This document shows positions 62,094 to 64,000 of a stretch of 64,000 bases of DNA, one piece after another. Both the position numbers and the translations under genes were made by a program. The DNA is from Candidatus Zixiibacteriota bacterium (GTDB lineage Bacteria; Zixibacteria; MSB-5A5; GN15; FEB-12), in NCBI GenBank assembly GCA_029860345.1, contig JAOUBJ010000003.1:68709-132708 (forward strand), given 5' to 3'. The notes beneath the pieces are model-generated. The model was not told the DNA's origin. It was given only the letters and a program-made list of their open reading frames with translations, and did not search any database. Each line of letters starts with the position of its first letter. Within the stretch, counting starts at the first letter, position 1.

Positions 62094-62912
62094 CTATGTC
62101 AGTTTTGTATCTTTCAACTTCTTCAAGAACTCCAGCGACTTGATTTTCGCCGACAGTCCGGTCTGAAAGCTCATGAATTTGGTCAACGCCTCCAGCAACA
62201 GTTCGGTATCTGCATAAGCTATCGGCAAGGCTGCGGCCTCGGTTAATGAGGCGGTCTGCAGGGCGACAAGCTGCTCAAACCCGGCTGTAGAGAGACGAAT
62301 ATAATGATCCGCCGCCGTTTGGCAAGAACTGCATAACACCCCCCCCCGTTCCGGATAGAACTGTATGTACTCAGTAGGTCGCGTAGCGACAAGAGAGACA
62401 GCTTGCTGTCCGCAGGAGGGGCAGTGGGTGAGCGAGGGGTGGTAGCCGAGGTGCGAAAGCAATCGCAGAAAGAAAGCCAAAAACAAACCCGGTAGCGACC
62501 GTTTGTCGGCCACTTCCACAGCGCTCAAGAAACCGACGAAGTAGTCAAATAGTGTCTCTTGCGGTTCCTCATCGGGCAGCAGCAGGTTGAGCAGTTCGCA
62601 GGCCGCCGAACCATAGGCCAGCCGACCGACCGCGCCGTCTTTCTCAAACGAAAAAGCTTGCATGGGGTCGACGTCGCGGATATACCCGTTCGATTCTTTT
62701 TCCGAGGCGTAGAAAGTCAATTCCATGTGAGCGAACGATACTATCCGACCGCGTTTGGACTTGATACTGCGACCCCCTTTGTCGACCAGCGCGATCTTGC
62801 CGAAGTTGCGGGTGAAAAAAACCACCGTCCGCGAAGATTCGGACCAATTGAACGTCCTCAGAACAACGGCGTCGGTTTTTTCAAGAGCCATAACGTCTAC
62901 CGACCCCTGCAT
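62094..62912 (-). CDS. recO: DNA repair protein RecO
   Basis: 272 aa. OB-fold N-terminus EKTDAVVLRTFNWSESSRTVVFFTRNFGKIALVDKG. Zinc-finger CPSCGQ...CSSC. The start may be ATG 62891. Confidence 0.85.
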   Translation of the reverse strand: MQGSVDVMALEKTDAVVLRTFNWSESSRTVVFFTRNFGKIALVDKGGRSIKSKRGRIVSFAHMELTFYASEKESNGYIRDVDPMQAFSFEKDGAVGRLAYGSAACELLNLLLPDEEPQETLFDYFVGFLSAVEVADKRSLPGLFLAFFLRLLSHLGYHPSLTHCPSCGQQAVSLVATRPTEYIQFYPERGGVLCSSCQTAADHYIRLSTAGFEQLVALQTASLTEAAALPIAYADTELLLEALTKFMSFQTGLSAKIKSLEFLKKLKDTKLT

Positions 62913-63083
62913 ACGGTTTCGCAGGGTCCTGACACCGCCCCCGGCGGGGTTGTGACCCTGCGAAGCTCACTATGCAAACAGAGAATCCGAACGAGAGAGA
63001 TCGGCGGTTCTCACGACCTCCGCGGGAGGTCGAAGGAACCACCGAAACAACCTCCGAGAATACCGCTTCGTCCGCCATAACGC

Positions 63084-63449
63084 CTACCGACCGCGGTAGA
63101 GGTAGATGGTTTCCTCGGGGCGGGCCATGTGGAAGCGGGTGCGGGCGATCCGTTCCAGGTAGATCGTGTCCGATTCGAGCATCTTGCGGACGCGATCGTT
63201 GTCCACCAGGTTTACCAACAGTTGCCTATTGGATTCGGCCAGTTCCGTCTTTTCCATTTCGAGGCGAATGATGCGCGGAATACTGTAGGTACCGACCATC
63301 AGCGAGTAGAAAAACAACAGCCCCACCGACCAAAATGCGTAACGGACGACTTTTCGTCTGAGACGGGCATCGGCGGAGGAGAGCTTTTTGACAAAACTTT
63401 CAGCCAACGATGGCCTTTTCGACTTAGTTTTTCTCACACGCGGACACAT
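63084..63449 (-). CDS. ftsB: Septum formation initiator (FtsB/DivIC family)
   Basis: 121 aa. Single TM (YAFWSVGLLFFYSLMV), then a coiled coil IIRLEMEKTELAESNRQLLVNLVDND and IARTRFHMARPEETIY. Confidence 0.7.
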   Translation of the reverse strand: MCPRVRKTKSKRPSLAESFVKKLSSADARLRRKVVRYAFWSVGLLFFYSLMVGTYSIPRIIRLEMEKTELAESNRQLLVNLVDNDRVRKMLESDTIYLERIARTRFHMARPEETIYLYRGR

Positions 63450-63554
63450 GGACAGAAGGAAACGGGGGCAGGTTCACGATGCAAGGTTTAACTGGAGACG
63501 GCTGTCGGGTACTCTTCATTACGGCGGGTTTGCCTTCAGACCAACCAACCAGAG

Positions 63555-64000
63555 TCAGTCACAGACCGCCGGTGCAGGTCCTCCGGCAAACATGAAGTCC
63601 ACGAGATAAACCAGGTCGGCAATGTCGATAGGTCCATCACCGTTGAGATCAGCTTCCTTAGGACACGGCGGATAAGGACCGGCTACGAACATCCAATCGA
63701 CAAGGTAGACCAGATCCGCAATATCTATGACTTCAGCCGGGTCTCCATTGACGTTTCCTCGGACGCCGGTGCAGCATGGCTCACAGACGTCGCCGACACC
63801 GTTGCTGTCACTGTCTTGCTGGTCAACATTATCAATGTGCGGGCAGTTGTCGCAGCTATCCGGAATGCCATCGTTGTCGCTGTGTAGATTGTCATCGAAA
63901 CCGGGGCAGAGGTCGCAACTGTCTCCCACGCCGTCCAGGTCACTGTCCTGTTGGTCGGTGTTAGCCAGTTCCGGGCAATTGTCGCAATCATCTCCGAGAA
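63555..64000 (-). CDS. C-terminal part of a secreted protein with thrombospondin type-3-like Ca-binding repeats and two dockerin-like repeats; 5' end beyond the window
   Basis: The frame stays open from 63929 up to 64000 (...[76 protein letters not shown]). Then [24 protein letters not shown] and [21 protein letters not shown]. Confidence 0.6.
   Translation of the reverse strand, partial: LGDDCDNCPELANTDQQDSDLDGVGDSCDLCPGFDDNLHSDNDGIPDSCDNCPHIDNVDQQDSDSNGVGDVCEPCCTGVRGNVNGDPAEVIDIADLVYLVDWMFVAGPYPPCPKEADLNGDGPIDIADLVYLVDFMFAGGPAPAVCD

Overview
64-kb fragment from an uncultured bacterium. I infer an FCB-superphylum-like organism from a PorU/PorV type IX secretion (T9SS) pair, T9SS C-terminal sorting domains and a Bacteroides-type Bat/MoxR operon. 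All family calls rest on motifs recognised by eye, not on searches. Positions 1-31.5 kb form one minus-strand block: a partial UPF0104 membrane protein, a 10-gene MoxR/DUF58/BatA-E cluster, a UbiA prenyltransferase, an Omp85-family protein with a 1103-aa partner, an NHL lipoprotein, two DUF5683-like paralogs, an M6-like metalloprotease, and PorV-like and PorU genes. The rest holds an S8/PKD protease, folP, cdaA, a GT39-like/TPR protein, lepA, four paralogous prepilin-like genes, a ferredoxin/Rrf2 pair, pdxS, a PD40 protein, a LIM/DA1-like peptidase, glyQS, recO, an ftsB-like gene and a partial TSP3/dockerin protein. Best candidates for novelty: (1) at 40.1-45.9 kb, seven tandem cassettes each encode a secreted 82-90 aa protein with a near-invariant signal peptide and a hypervariable core on a fixed C-x10-C-x4-C...C-x-C-x4-C-x3-C framework; a membrane-anchored CxxC thioredoxin-fold gene and a GT39-like/TPR gene flank the array. 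(2) At 58.2-60.7 kb, a low-GC two-gene insert encodes a 698-aa GNAT + PIN-like + ASCH-like fusion overlapping a stand-alone ASCH gene. (3) An AhpD-like ORF missed by the track has an in-frame TGA at the second Cys of CxxC and a 17-nt hairpin 11 nt downstream, making it a selenoprotein candidate. (4) A 44-bp module repeated three times between folP and cdaA makes a chain of GTGA-overlapping 15-codon mini-ORFs. (5) The PorV-like barrel carries a ~600-aa insertion. Intergenic regions are mosaics of short palindromic repeat modules that generate many spurious ORFs and false N-terminal extensions.
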